NCBI GenBank assembly: GCA_973895155.1
Contig: OZ316894.1
Coordinates: forward strand, 8,456,234 to 8,520,233
Direction of reading: 5' to 3'
Length of the DNA: 64,000 bases
DNA from: Marsupella aquatica
Lineage: Eukaryota > Plantae > Marchantiophyta
The notes below the pieces were generated by a model. That model was not told the DNA's origin and did not search any database. It saw nothing but the letters and a program-made list of their open reading frames with translations. Position numbers and translations under genes: made by a program. Below, piece by piece: positions 1-13,148 of this stretch; the stretch's first letter is position 1, and each line of letters starts with the position of its first letter.

Positions 1-711
1 AATAAGCTTGCATCAAACATTGACTCAGTCCAAGATTTCAACTCCCGTGCTTGATTTTCTCACTTGTAATTACTATTGATTTTATTATTTTTGAATCAAA
101 TCATGTAGAATGTTCTACGTTACAACATTTTGATGGTATGTTGACACTTCAATAAGCCCAACACTAGATTAACATCACTTGAAGATAATTTTTTCATAAC
201 CAGTTTCTATGATAATAAAAATACACAAAGATGGCCTAAATTATGAACTTGGCTTTGACTTAGTTGGCTTAATATGAAGTTGAAGCATTGTTTCATTTTT
301 GAACTTACCTTCAGGACTCCATATAAGTTCAATTTTTAACCACATATTCCCCTAGCTTTAATTTTTTATCTCTCAGCAATTAAAGATCAGCTCAACTGGT
401 TGAGTAGGGTGAAAATGAGCAAATTGCAGTCATTTGGCTTGATTTTGGATTCTTTACATAATGCTGTAACTTAGTCAATGTTTGGGTAAGATCGGGCTGT
501 AGGCTAAGCGGGGGCAACATTTTATTTTTAGCTCACTATCAAAACTCTGTTTGAGCTCAAAGTCTAAAAACAGCTTTTGTTCAATGCCCTAATATTTTCT
601 TAGCTCATTTGGTTGATTATGGAGAAAATGACAAATCACACAGATTTAGCTTGGCTTTGGCCCTGGCTTTGACTTTGACTAATCGGCTTTGGTAAATTTG
701 GCTTAAGCTAG

Positions 712-3700
712 TGTCAACACCTTGCAATGGGGCTTAACTCTCCCTTAGAGTTAAATTCACCACTTATGCCCTTTCTTATTGTTGTCCGGGTTCCTAGGAC
801 GGGCGAATAGTAGGACAGCAAGTCTATTCTCTTAGACTGACTCCCTTCTTCTCCACTCACACACCCAACTAGGTAGTTTTATTTCCACCGTTGGAAAGAT
901 AACCTTGAAGGGTGGTTATCACTCCCTTGCTTCCCCACTAGGAAGCACTTACACTACCTCGCTCCCGATCTCAACATGGCAAGCAACCCCACAAGCTATC
1001 CCCACAGACTCTTGCTATGGTCAATATACCCAGAGTTCCCTCGATCCGCTTCCTTCACCGAGAGCTTCAGGTTCGTCACCTCCTATCGCAACAAGGCAAG
1101 TGATCGAGTCTGAGCTCACTCCCAGGCTTCAAGCTTCACCCCTCTGGTGTCGAATCATAACAACGTCGGCATACACACTCACTGGATTCACATACTCACT
1201 AGACAGTGCTTCAAGACTGAGGCTTCAACACGAGTCTTTACTACAAGGCATAGTACAAGTTCAGATCCCAACACCTTCCTTGACTCTCTCCTTGCCTCCT
1301 ACCTAGTGGACTAGCTCACTATCCACCCTCCCAAGTACCTCAAACCAATGTTGCTGCCCTCTGAAAGTGAGAACCTCAGCCTCCAAGCTTTCAACCTTAC
1401 AAGAGAGGGTAGGAATGAACAAGTGAGGAGGCAGCTACCTGCTTCTCCCCTTTATTCAACACCCCAGGGCTCCAAACCAACCCAAGCCTAGGGTGCTAAC
1501 TTAGGTTAGTGGTTACCTTAACCCAAGTGTAACTACTTTCCGCTAAAGTTAACTAGGGTTAAGTTTCTACTTTTACTGCAGGTCAATTCAACTGCCACCA
1601 GTATTCTGGCTTTTACACAGGACATGAACAGCAGCAACCTCTAGGTGACATGAGTAATCAGGTAGCCCCTTGGTAACCCTTACAACCACCCAAGTTACAA
1701 CTCTCCATAAAATAACATTTCTCATAAAAAAAACTCTAAGTTTGGCCTACAACTGTGTGTCCGTACGCCACTGAATTCTGGGTTACCGCTGAGTCTCGGG
1801 TTTTGCCACTGAAACTCGGCTTACCACTGAAGTACAGGTCGCCATTTCCACAGTTCTAGGCTTAGTACTCAAAGAGTACTTCCGCTAGAAATGACCCTGG
1901 CAGACCGTTGGTGATACAACTAAGGTTATAGCAGCTTGTAAACTAAACTTAATGACTGTAACCCAGCTCACCAGCAGTACTATAACTAATTCTCATCTCC
2001 CAACTCTATCCACCAAGTGTCGGACTTTATACTAATCCAACTCTTATTACAAAGCCACTTTTAAAGTCAATAAAAAAAACTACTTAACATATTACAATGA
2101 CATTCAAAATGGTCTACTGGGCCTCTATGGAGTTGAGGCACCCTTGCTGGGTCCTCCCCTACTCGCCCTGGCCCCTCTCCCGGCCTCTCCCGGCCTCAAA
2201 GTCCTCCAAACAAACCTGTCAAAACGCTACCAAAAGTTCAACTAGAGTTGATGTGAACATCTTAAATGAACAACTTGGAAAGCTCCCTTGGTAGCACATT
2301 CAAATGCCTTAGCAGCAGCAGGTCGCGAGTTCAAAACTGGGTGCCGATGTTTCCTTCGCCATCAACATTTTGCAGCGCTATGCAGCATTAGGCAACTGCT
2401 GCACGAAGCAGCACCCGCGACGCTGCTTGCGGCAGCTTGAAACAACTTGATGCTTCTGCCCCCATTTTTTTCCCTTCAGCAGCGTTCTCTCCAGCTCTCC
2501 CCTTTCAATCCCCATAGCTCAGCAACAGTGAAGGCAACAACATTCCTCCATAGCTGCGAACTCTATAGCTCTTATCAACAACAAGCTCCAAGTAGAAGCT
2601 GGAGCAGCAGCACAACATAAACTCCTGAGTAAGCAGCAAGGAGCTCTTCTCCTGGTGCTCTTCATCGGCCCAAAGCTGCTACTTAGTCAAGCAACACGAA
2701 CTAGTCTGCTAATCCCCTTCCTGAGCCCCCATGGCAGCAATCTCCATCCACGGCTTAGGACCATCGGCCTTCAATGTAGCAGGTACGAGCTCCAGTGTAG
2801 CAGCTCCTCACGTCAGGCCAGCAAGCAGGAATCTCAATGTCGCAATTCCTAATTCCCTAGCTCTCAGCGGCATGCAACTATTCTCTCGATTCACACTGCC
2901 CAAAATTGTTCTACACTGCAATGCAGAGCTAACCCTCATTGCAGCAGCGACACTGCCTGAGAGGATTAAATTTCCTTATCTCCCTCAGCACCATAGATTT
3001 TCCCCCCATGGCAGCCTTCCGTTCATTAACCCTTCATGCCTCAATTTCAGCGAATTCCTATGTTCCCCCGGTTTTCACGAGTCACCTTTGTTGTCCATAT
3101 GGCAGATTTCAATTTCTCTTAATTGCACCCGGTTGCCATTCCTGAATTGCTGCTGAAATCCTGATGCCCTCCCTTGGCCATTACGTAGAGTGTCCCTGGA
3201 CTGTGCGTCCTTATGAGGAGAACCCCTATGGTGACACCTGGCTTCCAGGGAAACTCCCGTAGCACGGCTTGCTTTGTACTCAGAACCCACAATTTACCTC
3301 TACGGTACACCGTTTGAGTGTTCCTTTAACAAAATCCCAATTTTGTAAATCTCCAGTGTCGTGCTCCAACCTTCGTTTCCTCCAAAATTTTGCTGGTGTG
3401 TTCAGTGAACCTAAGACTACATACTGGCCAGGTTTCCAGGTTTAATTCTACTCGAAGACTTTTCTATAATTCCGCTAAGTAGGCCATCCGTTCAATTATA
3501 TACGAATTACTAAAACTACCAATGCTAACCTAATAAATGTTAACCTAACTTCATTGTACCTAAGTCCGCTTGACACTCCATGCTAAGTTGACTCGACCTT
3601 CTACCACTTACTATGCATCCGTTTTCTCCGCTTAACCCTACTTTATTTCTAACTGCGGTTACTTCTAACTATAGTTACTCCAATTTAACTCTAGTTAACC

Positions 3701-3726
3701 ACTACTTCCTAATTCGGCATCCGACA
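712..3726 (-). repeat. Putative 3' LTR (~3.0 kb) of Gypsy element 1
   Basis: On the minus strand it starts TGTCGG 3 nt after the PPT and plausibly ends GGTGTTGACA at 712 (780 is an alternative end). No partner LTR is available to confirm. Confidence 0.6.
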
Positions 3727-3729
3727 TAG

Positions 3730-3739
3730 CTCCCCTCTC
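3730..3739 (-). other. Polypurine tract
   Basis: GAGAGGGGAG on the minus strand, between the integrase stop (3765) and TGTCGG. Confidence 0.75.
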
Positions 3740-3764
3740 AAGTGTGCAGCGTCCGCGCAAACAC

Positions 3765-5279
3765 TCAGTCCACCTGTTCGAAATACTTCTTTAGTCGATC
3801 ATAGTGTACTCGGATCGGGTACACGTCCCCTGTAATTGTGGCCACTTCTACTGATCCGTTGTTGAAAATTTGCTTGACCATATAAGGTCCCAACCAGCAA
3901 GTATGGAGTTTCCCTGGAAAATGCTTTACTCTGCTGTCATACAGTAGCACCAGATCACCATTGACAATGTTCACAGGCCTCACCTTCTTATCATGGTACT
4001 TCTTGTTGCAGTCCTGCTGCTTCGCCAGTGTCTCTGTTGCTTCTTCTCTCGTCTCTTCCAATAGCTCCAACTGATAGGCTCGCTCCTGCTGGCTGCTGCC
4101 TTCTGGCATTCTGTCCTCGGACAGAGTTCTCCATGTTGGTATTGCAAACTCCACTGGTACAATTGCATTCTGGCCAAAAACAAGATAATACGGGGTCTTG
4201 CCTATTGTAGTCTTGAATGCAAGGTTGTACGAATACACAGCAGAATATAGCTTGTAGTCCCAATCACTCTTGTGATTGGCTACAGTGGTGTTAAGGATCC
4301 TTCCAATGATACCGTTCGCTCGCTCAGTTAGGCCGTTGGCCTTCGGATGATACGGTGTAGTCTTCCGGTGCTTCACTAAGTAATTGGCAGTCATCTCCTC
4401 AATTACCTAATTCAGAAAATGGGTTCCTCGGTCACTGACCAGTTCCAACGGTGGTCCAAATCGAGTAAAGATCTGTTCATACAGAAATTTTGCTGTAGTT
4501 GCGGCATCATTCTTCACAATCGGTAGAGCCTCAACCCACCTGGTAGCATAGTCTATGGCCAAAATGATGTACCTGCACCTTCTCCTTCGAGTCACAGGTG
4601 TGATGCGTCCCATGAAATCAATTCCCCACTTTTCAAATGGTGCTAGTGGCAAAATTGGATTCAATGGGTGATGTTGGGACATCTTGGGTTTGCCCACTCG
4701 CTGGCACGCATCACAGCCTCGAATGAACGTGGCCACATCACGGTGCAGTGTCGGCCACCAGTACCGTGCATCCAAGATCTTCCTTGACGTCACGACGGCA
4801 GCATAGTGCCCGCCTGCTTCCTCCTCGTGAAGTGCTCTCATCACCACATGGATCTGGTTCTCCTCCAAGCATCGATGAATGGTGCTGTCAGCTCCTTGCT
4901 TGTGAAGAACATTATTGAGCAGCATGTACGGTGCTGCCTTCCTCAAAAAAACAGCAGCTTCTTCTGCATTCAAGGTCTCCGGCACTCTGCCAGTCGTTAG
5001 GTACCTGAAAATATCAGTATACCAGGTTCGCTCCAAAACTGAAATCTGGTACAGTAAAGCTTCATCAGGGAACTGGTCAGTTAGTGGTTCCTCTGCAGGC
5101 TGTCCATCAATGCGAGAGAAGAAGTCAGCGTTCCCATGCTTCTTTCCTGGTCTCACTCGAACTTCATAGTTAAATCCCTGCAGCAACAAGACCCACCTAG
5201 CTATTCTACCAGTCAAATCAGGCTTGTTTACCATGTACTTCAATGCATTATGATCTGTATGGAAAATTACTTTGTACAT
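3765..5279 (-). pseudogene. Gypsy RNase H C-terminus and integrase (interrupted by a stop)
   Basis: HTDHNALKY; HHCC zinc finger (H..GGH..CDAC); WGIDFMG, SDRGTHF, YHPKANGLTERAN, WLGPY. Confidence 0.95.
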
Positions 5280-6745
5280 CCCAGCAGATAGTGTCTGAAC
5301 TTCTTACATGCGTAGATGATTCCTAAAGCTTCTCTATCAGTAGCTGAGTAATTCTTCTCTGCTGCCATGAGTAGTCTACTAGCAAAATAAATCGGATGAT
5401 CTCTTGCTTGCTCATCTAGTTGACTCAATACAACTCCAATACAGAATCCTGATACATCAACAAATACATGAAACTCCTTGCTCCAATCAGGTGCCTTTAG
5501 TACTAGGGTTTCCAACTACTTCTTCTTTAGCAGAGTAAAACTGTCAAGCCTCTCCGTGGTTGGCTCAAAATCAGCTCCTGCTTTCAACATTGAAGTGATC
5601 GGTAGTGCAATCTGTGCAAAGTCCTTGATGAATCTGCGGTAGTAGTTAAGGCATCCGAGGAAACCTTTCACTTCCGTGGTGTTAGTTGGAAACTTCACTG
5701 CTTGCCAAACACTCACCTTCTCGGGATCTACTTCAATGCCCCTTTTTGAAACTCTGTGACCAAGTAGCGTACCTTCCTGTACTCCAAAGATGCACTTTCC
5801 TGGATGCAGCTTGAGTCCGACTTCTCTGCATCTCTAAAAAGTGAGTCATAAATTCTCCACATGGTCCTGCTTCTTCCCATAGACGGCAAAGTCATCAATA
5901 AATACCTCTAGGAACTTCCTGAGAAAATCATGAAAGATGGTCATGATAATTCTCTGGAATGTCTCTGGGGCATTACATAGTCCAAACGGCATCTGCCTGA
6001 AAGCAAAGACGCCCCACTCCGTGATGAATGCAGTCTTCAATTGATCCTCTTGTCGAATCCAGATCTGATTGTAGCCAGAATAGCCATCCAGGAAAGTATA
6101 AATTTCCCAGCCAGCCACAATATCCAACACCATGTCAGTGAAGGGGATTGGAAAGTAATCCTTCCGAGTCGCTTCATTCAACTTTCTGAAATCCTGACAG
6201 ACTCGAATCTTAGTCTGTCCATCCAATCCAATTTTCTTGGGCACTATCACAATAGGAGACACCCAATCACTGGTAGCCACTGGATAGATGAATCCTGCCT
6301 CTAACAGTTTATCTATCTCCTCCTTCACCAGCAATGAGTACTTGGGATTCAACCGATACTGTCGTTGACGAGTGGGTTGAGCCTCGGGTTGAAGATCAAT
6401 GCGTAACTCTCCTAGCTTCTTATCTATGCCCGTGATATCAGTATATTTCCAAGCGAATATATCAGTATATTGACTCAAGAGTTCTTGGATTTCCTTCTCT
6501 TGATCTGGTTCAAAGGCATTACCAATGTAGAACTCCTTGGAATTTTCCAACTGAACTTTCATGAAATGTTCCTTCTTGACCATCTCCACGCGATTCCTGA
6601 GGGTCGGATCAAGAGTCTCTTCCAACTGGGCGAGTCTCAAACCTCCATGCCATTGAGGATCGATGACCTGCTGAATCTCCACTGGTGACTCCGGCTCTTG
6701 ATCACCATACTTGGGCAAATGCTCCTTGCTTAACATCTGCTTCAA
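5267..6745 (-). pseudogene. Gypsy reverse transcriptase and RNase H (stops and frameshifts)
   Basis: WVSPIVIVPKK, DFRKLN, LDGYSGYNQI, MPFGLCNAP, FIDDF, GFLGCLNYYRRFI, KNYSATDREALG. Confidence 0.95.
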
Positions 6746-7674
6746 TTCTCTCGTCCTTCCTTGCTGGGCAGCGGATGCATCTCAGGCGATTGGTTCTCAG
6801 GTAACTTCTGCTCCTGCTGTCCGACTGTGACAGGCTCGTGGTTATGGTTTAGCACTTCGCTGACTGGTTCCTGCTGCACCAAGCAAGTGGGCGGCACCTT
6901 TGGTCCAAACACGTCAGCCTCTGTGAGAGTGTTGATCAAGTTGATCATGTAGACCTCCTCCTCAGCACTGCTGATATCTGAATCATACTCCTCTTGCTCT
7001 TCTGTGGTCTCACCAAGATGCTCCTCCTTCCCCCATAGAATACACAGTGATTTCTTGCCCACACGGAATTCCTTCTTTCCCCAGTCCGAGATGACTTGGG
7101 CTCCATACAACCAAGGTCGGCCAATCAGGACTGGATAAGTACTTGGTCTTGCAGGTCGCAAAATGAGAAAATTCATCAAGAAGGTCTCCCCTTGAATGAT
7201 GGTGGGAATCTGAGTCAACGCTCCCACTGGTAGCACTCTTGATCCATTAGCTAACCTCATGGCTCGATCAGTTTGCTCGAAGGTGTTAAAACCGAGTTGG
7301 TGAGCTGTGGCTTCTATCATGATGTTGACTCCAGATCCTCCGTCCACCGGCTCAAATGAAAGTGCACATCCTGATATCTGAATGGTGATCTCTGGTGCTC
7401 CCAAGTCCTCCATTATCATCCTCACATCAGCAACAGTGCCTACTTTTGGTAGCCTCTTCCTTCTTTTTCCTAACAACATCTCCTTGAGCTGCCTTCGGTA
7501 GAGCGGGTTATCTTTCAGTAGTTGGCCTATAGTAGCAGTAATAGCACAGTTCCTGATATCATACGGCGGTTGACTGACCTCTGATTTTTTGACCTTAGCT
7601 GCTTTAGCTGTAGCTCCATTGGCTGCCTGCTCAAGAGTTGTGTTCTCCTTAGCTTGCTTGATGTCCTTCTGCAA
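6742..7674 (-). pseudogene. Gypsy aspartic protease region
   Basis: VDGGSGVNIM ... VLIGRPWL retropepsin motifs. Confidence 0.85.
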
Positions 7675-7683
7675 GCTGACTAT

Positions 7684-9311
7684 CTATTCCATTGCCTCCA
7701 ACTCCTCGAGTTGTCTCTTAACCTCCTCATTGACTTTCGGGTAGAATAGCTTAGGATGGTCTCTCCGGTAGTCACTATCCTCCAGTGGTGGTGCTTGATC
7801 ACCTCGTTCAGCAGCACTCTCATGTGAGTCCGATGTTAGTGTGGCTCTCCTTTCCTTGTTTGACTTCTTGGCTTGCTGCCTCTCCTTTCGCTTATGGTGC
7901 TTTGAAGCTCGGGTAGACACTTTGTAGCACTCGGCTTCCTCATCAGCAAGTTCCCCTACAGGCAGTGCCTGCCATGTTTCTCCCCCCTCTTCTCCAGAAC
8001 TTGCCCATTCAGTTTCCAGCAAGTGGATAGCTGCGTCCCCTGGTGCCTTAGGCACTGCCGGAGGAGTCTGCACTGGTTGCTGGGCTGTTGGTCGAGCCTG
8101 TTCAGGCTGTCTGGTCAATAGAGTAGGTGGTCTGGGTGCCCATTGAGGTGCTCCGTTACCTTGCTTCTTTGGCTCAGACAGTCTGGAGAATAGTGGCCTG
8201 GTTTGCCACAATTCCAACAAGTTGGCCCAGCTCCCCTACCATATCCTCCTTGTGACGGACCTGCTCCACCTCCTGGTTGAGGTCCATGTGCTGCTGGCAA
8301 GTAGGTCATAGCAGGTCGCCCCACATATGGTCGAGTTGGAGTCAGTTGGTACACATTTTCAGCGACCTCCTCATAGTAGTAGTTCTCTTGAGCGGGAAGC
8401 TCAGCTTGCTCCTCTCCCACATAGTGAACTCAAGCTGGAGCTCCCTGACACTCACTTGGGGTATGCCCAAAACCTCCACACCTAGTACACCACACATGTT
8501 CTCGGTGAACTGGTATTTTCTTCCTTGGAGGCTGTAACCCGGCCATATGTACAGACAGTACCTTCATCTGGTTGGTCAGCTGCTCCAAGAGAGCTTCGTT
8601 AGACTTGATCTCCTTGTTCTCCTTGACCTCCGTTAGTTGCTTTGCAGCAATTTCCAGCAGCTTTGGAGGTGGTACTTTCTTGCCCTTCTTCTCATGCTTC
8701 TTCTTAGCGGTCTTCTTCTTCTTGTGCTTCTTCTTCCGCTTGTTCTCCTCCTCTGACTCATAGTTCTCGGATGAGCTTGAATCAGATTCTGTTTCGGAGC
8801 TAGATGACTTCTCAGAATCACTATTGTTGGTAGAACTCTCCGACGAGCTAGAAGAATGATGTTTCTTCTTCTTCTTAGCCTTGCGACTAGTTCGTCCTGA
8901 GACTTCAGTATCTCTGTATGATTGAGCTGCTTCCACTGCCTCCTCCAGAGTTGACGGTTTCTCCTGACGGACAGATACTTGCATCAACTTCGAAAGGGCA
9001 GTCACGAACCACTTTCTTAGCATGCTGTCTGTTGGCACGGGATCAATCTTGCTGGCTGTCCGGTGAAACCTCTGCAGAAATCTCCGAACAGACTCCCTCT
9101 TTCTCATCATCATCTGGCCAATGCGAATGAGAGCTTCACTCTCCTCTCCAACCTTCCAGAACTCCTGCAAGAAAGCCAGCTTAAAAGCATCCCAATCAGT
9201 CCAGACAACGGCAGGTAAGGCATTGAACCATGGCCTTGCCTCCCCCTTCAACACACCCGCTAGGGTGTTAAGCTTGATGGCATCTTCTCCATTGGCTTGG
9301 GCTGTCCACAA
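7684..9311 (-). pseudogene. Gypsy gag (fragmented)
   Basis: LKGEARPWF..L gag motif; knuckles CTRCGGFGHTPSEC and CWNCGKPGHYSPDC; RDHPKLFYP shared with the gag at 24120-25778. Confidence 0.88.
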
Positions 9312-9663
9312 TTTCTTATAATGGTGCTCTAGAATTGATGGGCCTTGGAGTCGTTGTCAGTTCCCCTGCATTTTCTTTGTCACCACAATCTTCCTTGGAT
9401 CTTGCCTCTTCTTCCACCTCATTGGGGACTTCCGTCTCAATAGTTGATTTACTTGTTCAATCTCAGAATTCCAAACTGCAAAATGACCCTACAGCTCATT
9501 GCTTAGAGGCAACGGAAGCCTCTCCTGATCTGGTATGTGTAATGGATATTCCCCTCTCATCCAATCTGGCACTTCATTTTCATCACAGACTTCTGCCTCC
9601 ATCATGCTGTTCTGTTCACAAGTAGAAATTAGAAAGTGCACTTGGACAATCTCCTTGGAATTG

Positions 9664-10620
9664 ATTTTTTTATAAAAAGTTTTAACCCGCAAAAAACCCC
9701 ACGGGCAGGGCAAACAAGCCACACAGCAAAACAAGACAACTCCCTCTTGGGGGGGGAACACAAGGGGCACAAAAGAAGCCGTCACCAAGACAAACCAAAA
9801 CCAACAAGTCAGGAGAGAATAGCAGTAGCAAATGAGAAGAGGGGGTCCCATGTAAGGACCACAACTAAGACCTAATCACGCATTCTAATCCAATTGTGGG
9901 CACAGGGTCATCTACCAGTGGAAATACAGCCCCTGCCATCACTGAGCCAGAGCCTACGTAAACTGTCAATCCTATCTTTCGCCCGACACAACCGGGTGTT
10001 CTTTCTACCAGGGGGTGAGCATCTACTCACAACATTCAAGCTCTCAATAGCCTCAGAAAGCACTAGGCCCATATCAAATGTACGTCTACCACCTGCACTG
10101 AACATATGGGAGTTCCTGCCTAGCCACAACATCCATAAAATCTGTTGCAAGACAAATAGTTTGGCAATCTGCTCAGGGTCCCTCCCATAAGCAGAGTCCA
10201 ACAAAGTCAGTAGCCCCTGGCCGATAGGTAAGCCCAACTCACGTAAGAAGCAGTGGTAGAGTCCCCAGTACCTCACAGCAAATGCACACCCAAAGAACAT
10301 CTGGGGGATGGTCTCTAAGGAACCGCTACACACCTTGCAATCACCATTGCTCACACCAATTCTAAGTGCCCTAGCACCCGTGAATAGACCCCCAACAATA
10401 ATTCTCCAGATGAATGTCTTGCCCCTAGACTTGGACAATCTGTAGTGCGATGTTCAATTTTCAGTCTCGGGTGCCCTACAAGCTGTTCCTCTCCCCACAA
10501 CGCGCCTGCTGGATCACCGCAAATTGGAAGGCTAATTTTGGGTGAGCCAATGTTGGCTTGGAAACCCTTCTCCCCAACATGGGGCGGCAGATCATCAAGT
10601 AGCCTTCCAAAATCATGCAA
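9664..10620 (-). mobile_element. L1-type LINE 3' fragment (zf-RVT domain, 3' UTR, A-rich tail)
   Basis: ORF 9908-10438 KTFIWRII..GL.TG..CKVC..LETIPQMFFGC...RYW matches the RT zinc-binding domain. A-rich tail at ~9664-9677 on the minus strand. 5' limit is approximate. Confidence 0.75.
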
Positions 10621-10822
10621 CATAGAGCATCAACAACGCAGCTTCAAGTCCCGGTACAACTACTGCTCGATCATTGCATGTAGCCCTTAGCAGGAGCTGG
10701 GTCACCGCATGTAGCCCTTAGTAGCTCTCAAGAGCCGCATGTATTCCTTAGCGCCTTAGCAGAATGTCTAGAGAGAAAATTTGAACATTGAATGAGACCC
10801 TAAACTCTGGCAAACGATCCTC

Positions 10823-10857
10823 AACACAGTGACGGACCAAACGAGAAGTGTGACCAC
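10823..10857 (+). repeat. Left TIR of element A
   Basis: AACACAGTGACGGACCAAACGAGAAGTGTGACCAC, preceded by CCTC. Confidence 0.9.
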
Positions 10858-11168
10858 ACTTCTCATTTTGCCCACGGCGAAAAAAGTTTCTAAGGCAAAA
10901 AAGTCTTGGATATAGAATTAGTATTCCCCCTAAAAACTAGTTTTTCGGTTTCAAAAAATGGGAAAAATCAAAGTGAATATGAAGATGGGATACGGCATAT
11001 CCCATTTCGGATCCAACCGCGGAATTCCCCCCCAAAAAAACGAACGCAGTAAAAGTGCCAATATTGTTTTACCCATTAAGAATATTCTCAAACGATTCTT
11101 CTCAACGGTAACATTTAACTGACTGCGCTACAACTGCAGTCAAATACTAACCACGGTCAGGGAGAAAA

Positions 11169-11180
11169 CTATAAATAGGA
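11169..11180 (+). promoter_or_regulatory. TATA box of cargo unit 1
   Basis: CTATAAATAGGA followed by a pyrimidine-rich leader and donor AG|GTGAGA at ~11261; same layout at ~13390. Confidence 0.55.
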
Positions 11181-11289
11181 GATCCACGCTTGAAAATTTT
11201 CCGCTCATTTTTTCTCGCTCTGTATCCTCTTCCTCTCGACGAATGCCCACCATCTAACAGGTGAGAATCTTCATGCAAATGGCAAGGAC

Positions 11290-11945
11290 GAATCCTGAAT
11301 GGGATACAGCGTATCTCGTTTGGGATTCAACCTTCAAATGTCCAGTTTTTGTTTTTGTTTAGTTGAAAAAGGAGGTTGGATGCAAAGTGGGATACGGGGT
11401 ATCCCATATCGCATCCAACCTCCGAATATGAAGTATCTTGGCCTCCAAATGTCAAAACCTCAACGTTGAATGCGAAATGGGATACGGCGTATCCCGTTTG
11501 AGATTCACCCTTCAAATGTCCAGTTTTTGTTTCTCTTCAGTGAAAAAAGGAGGTTGGATGCAAAGTGGGATACGGGGTATCCCATATCGCATCCAACCTC
11601 CGAATATGAAGTATCTTAGCCTCCAAATGTCAAAACCTCAACATTGGATGCAAAATGGGATACGGCGTATCCCGTTTGGGATTCACCCTTCAAATGTCAA
11701 GTTTTTGTTTCTCTTCAATGAAAAAAGGATGTTGGATGCGAAGTGGGATACGGGGTATCCCATATCGCATCCAACCTCCGAATAATAAGTATCTTAGTCT
11801 CCAAATGTTAAAACCTCAATGTTGAATGCGAAATGGGATACGGCATATCCCGTTTGGGATTCAACCTTCAAATTTCCAGATTTGGTTTCTCTTTAGCTAA
11901 AAAAGGAGGTTGGATGCAAAGTGGGATACGGGGTATCCCATGTGG
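11290..11945. repeat. Tandem array of palindromes, 178-bp unit (90+88)
   Basis: GGGATAC-N3-(G/A)TATCCC cores at ~11301, 11389, 11479, 11567, 11657, 11745, 11835, 11923. Confidence 0.93.
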
Positions 11946-12102
11946 TATCTCCCTAGAGTTTTCTTGGCATGGGAAAAATCTTATGGATTGCTGATTGTTT
12001 CGTAGGCAAAGTTCAACTAAACACGCACTGAAGCTCTTGCTGCCTTTCAGTGACTCAAGCTTTTGCTTTCCTGGAAAAATGACATTTTCTCTTGTGAGTC
12101 TA

Positions 12103-12429
12103 ATGGCGGTCCAGAATCAAAACCGTGAGAAACGTGCTCGTCAATTGTATAAGCGATTAGTTGCACTCAAAGTTCTCCGTTTTGGATTAGGAGTGCTATG
12201 GACGGGAGGCGTGGATCCACATGATAGTTTGAATCCACTCCGAATAGAGTTTTGTGAAAAAAATGAAGACGGAGTTCCAATTCGGTCGAGGATATGTTTG
12301 AGTGGTTGTCTGCACTCTGTTAATTCTTCTTGTAATTATTGTCATGATGCCCGAAACAAATATCATCGATTAGCATATTTGTGTTGTCGGATTTGGAACC
12401 AAGATCCTTGGGTTAACTTATTGCGTTGA
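12103..12429 (+). CDS. Small Cys/His-rich cargo protein of unknown function
   Basis: Open frame after a TAG acceptor at ~12005; CLSGCLH..CNYCH..HRLAYLCC cluster. Confidence 0.4.
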   Translation: MAVQNQNREKRARQLYKRLVALKVLRFGLGVLWTGGVDPHDSLNPLRIEFCEKNEDGVPIRSRICLSGCLHSVNSSCNYCHDARNKYHRLAYLCCRIWNQDPWVNLLR

Positions 12430-12608
12430 ATCTTCTTGATTAGTGTGTAAGTGTTAGGTGAACGTTCTTGGTTCAAAAATTTTGTGAATATATTTTTCTT
12501 TTGATCAAAGAAATAAAATCAGTTTTTCCATCACTATTTTGTAGGTTGCTGAGAAAGTGCTCACCATCTCATTTATTACTCCAGGTATCCACTGTCTCTT
12601 ATTTTGGA

Positions 12609-13148
12609 ATGGCCGTCATTGAGAACCCTGTCTTTACAAGGTTAGCGATGTCATTCGACAAAGAGAAGAAACAAATTCAACAGAAAAGTGGCCAAAGGGA
12701 ATCCAGATTGCTTTTGGATGGACTTCCTGATGAGATTGTTGAAATGTTCATTTGGCCCATTTTGAAAGTTTGTTGTATAGAGGATGAATTTGATTCCTCC
12801 AAGAACCAAGCTGATGAAAGATTGATGCGATTAAAAACAATGGTGTGGCTTGGATGCACCTCCAAGAAATGGAACCAACTCGTAATTTGTACACGAGTCT
12901 GGGGTATTCTTAGACTAGCAAGAAGCCAGTTTGAGGAAGTAAATGAAATGCTAACAAGCATTCCCAATGGAAAATCCCTTCAGAATGTTCATATTGAAGC
13001 TTTTGTTAGGATGGAAACACCGAATCTTCCTCCAATCGATTTCTTAGGTTTATTTTCAAGGTCTGACCTAAATCGATTTCAAGAAGACTGGCACAATCTT
13101 GAGAAAGATGAGCAAGCAAGGCTCTTGGAAATGTATGGGGAAGCTTAG
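12609..13148 (+). CDS. F-box-like cargo protein
   Basis: LDGLPDEIVEMFIWPIL ... LGCTSKKWNQLV resembles the F-box consensus (L..LP.EI...I ... CK.W..L) with an insert. Confidence 0.55.
   Translation: MAVIENPVFTRLAMSFDKEKKQIQQKSGQRESRLLLDGLPDEIVEMFIWPILKVCCIEDEFDSSKNQADERLMRLKTMVWLGCTSKKWNQLVICTRVWGILRLARSQFEEVNEMLTSIPNGKSLQNVHIEAFVRMETPNLPPIDFLGLFSRSDLNRFQEDWHNLEKDEQARLLEMYGEA

Larger units (their letters stand above)
712..9311 (-). mobile_element. Ty3/Gypsy LTR retrotransposon, 5'-truncated and degenerate (gag-AP-RT-RH-INT, PPT, 3' LTR)
   Basis: Domain order gag (CCHC knuckles), AP, RT, RNase H, integrase on the minus strand; no chromodomain seen. A PPT precedes a TG...CA-bounded segment. No 5' LTR or PBS found; gag similarity stops at ~9310. 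Confidence 0.92.

Noticed and set aside
1-711. Patchy similarity to 31500-31750, suggesting a dispersed repeat
   Set aside because: Only short matching blocks; boundaries and class could not be defined
905-3156. Plus-strand ORFs 905-1306 and 2655-3156
   Set aside because: Antisense to the LTR region, with no protein motifs
10825-10831. CACAGTG/CACAATG in the TIRs resembles the RSS heptamer and Transib termini
   Set aside because: The TIR extends 2 bp further (AA), the TSD is 4 bp rather than 5 bp, and the transposase motifs are not Transib/RAG1-like
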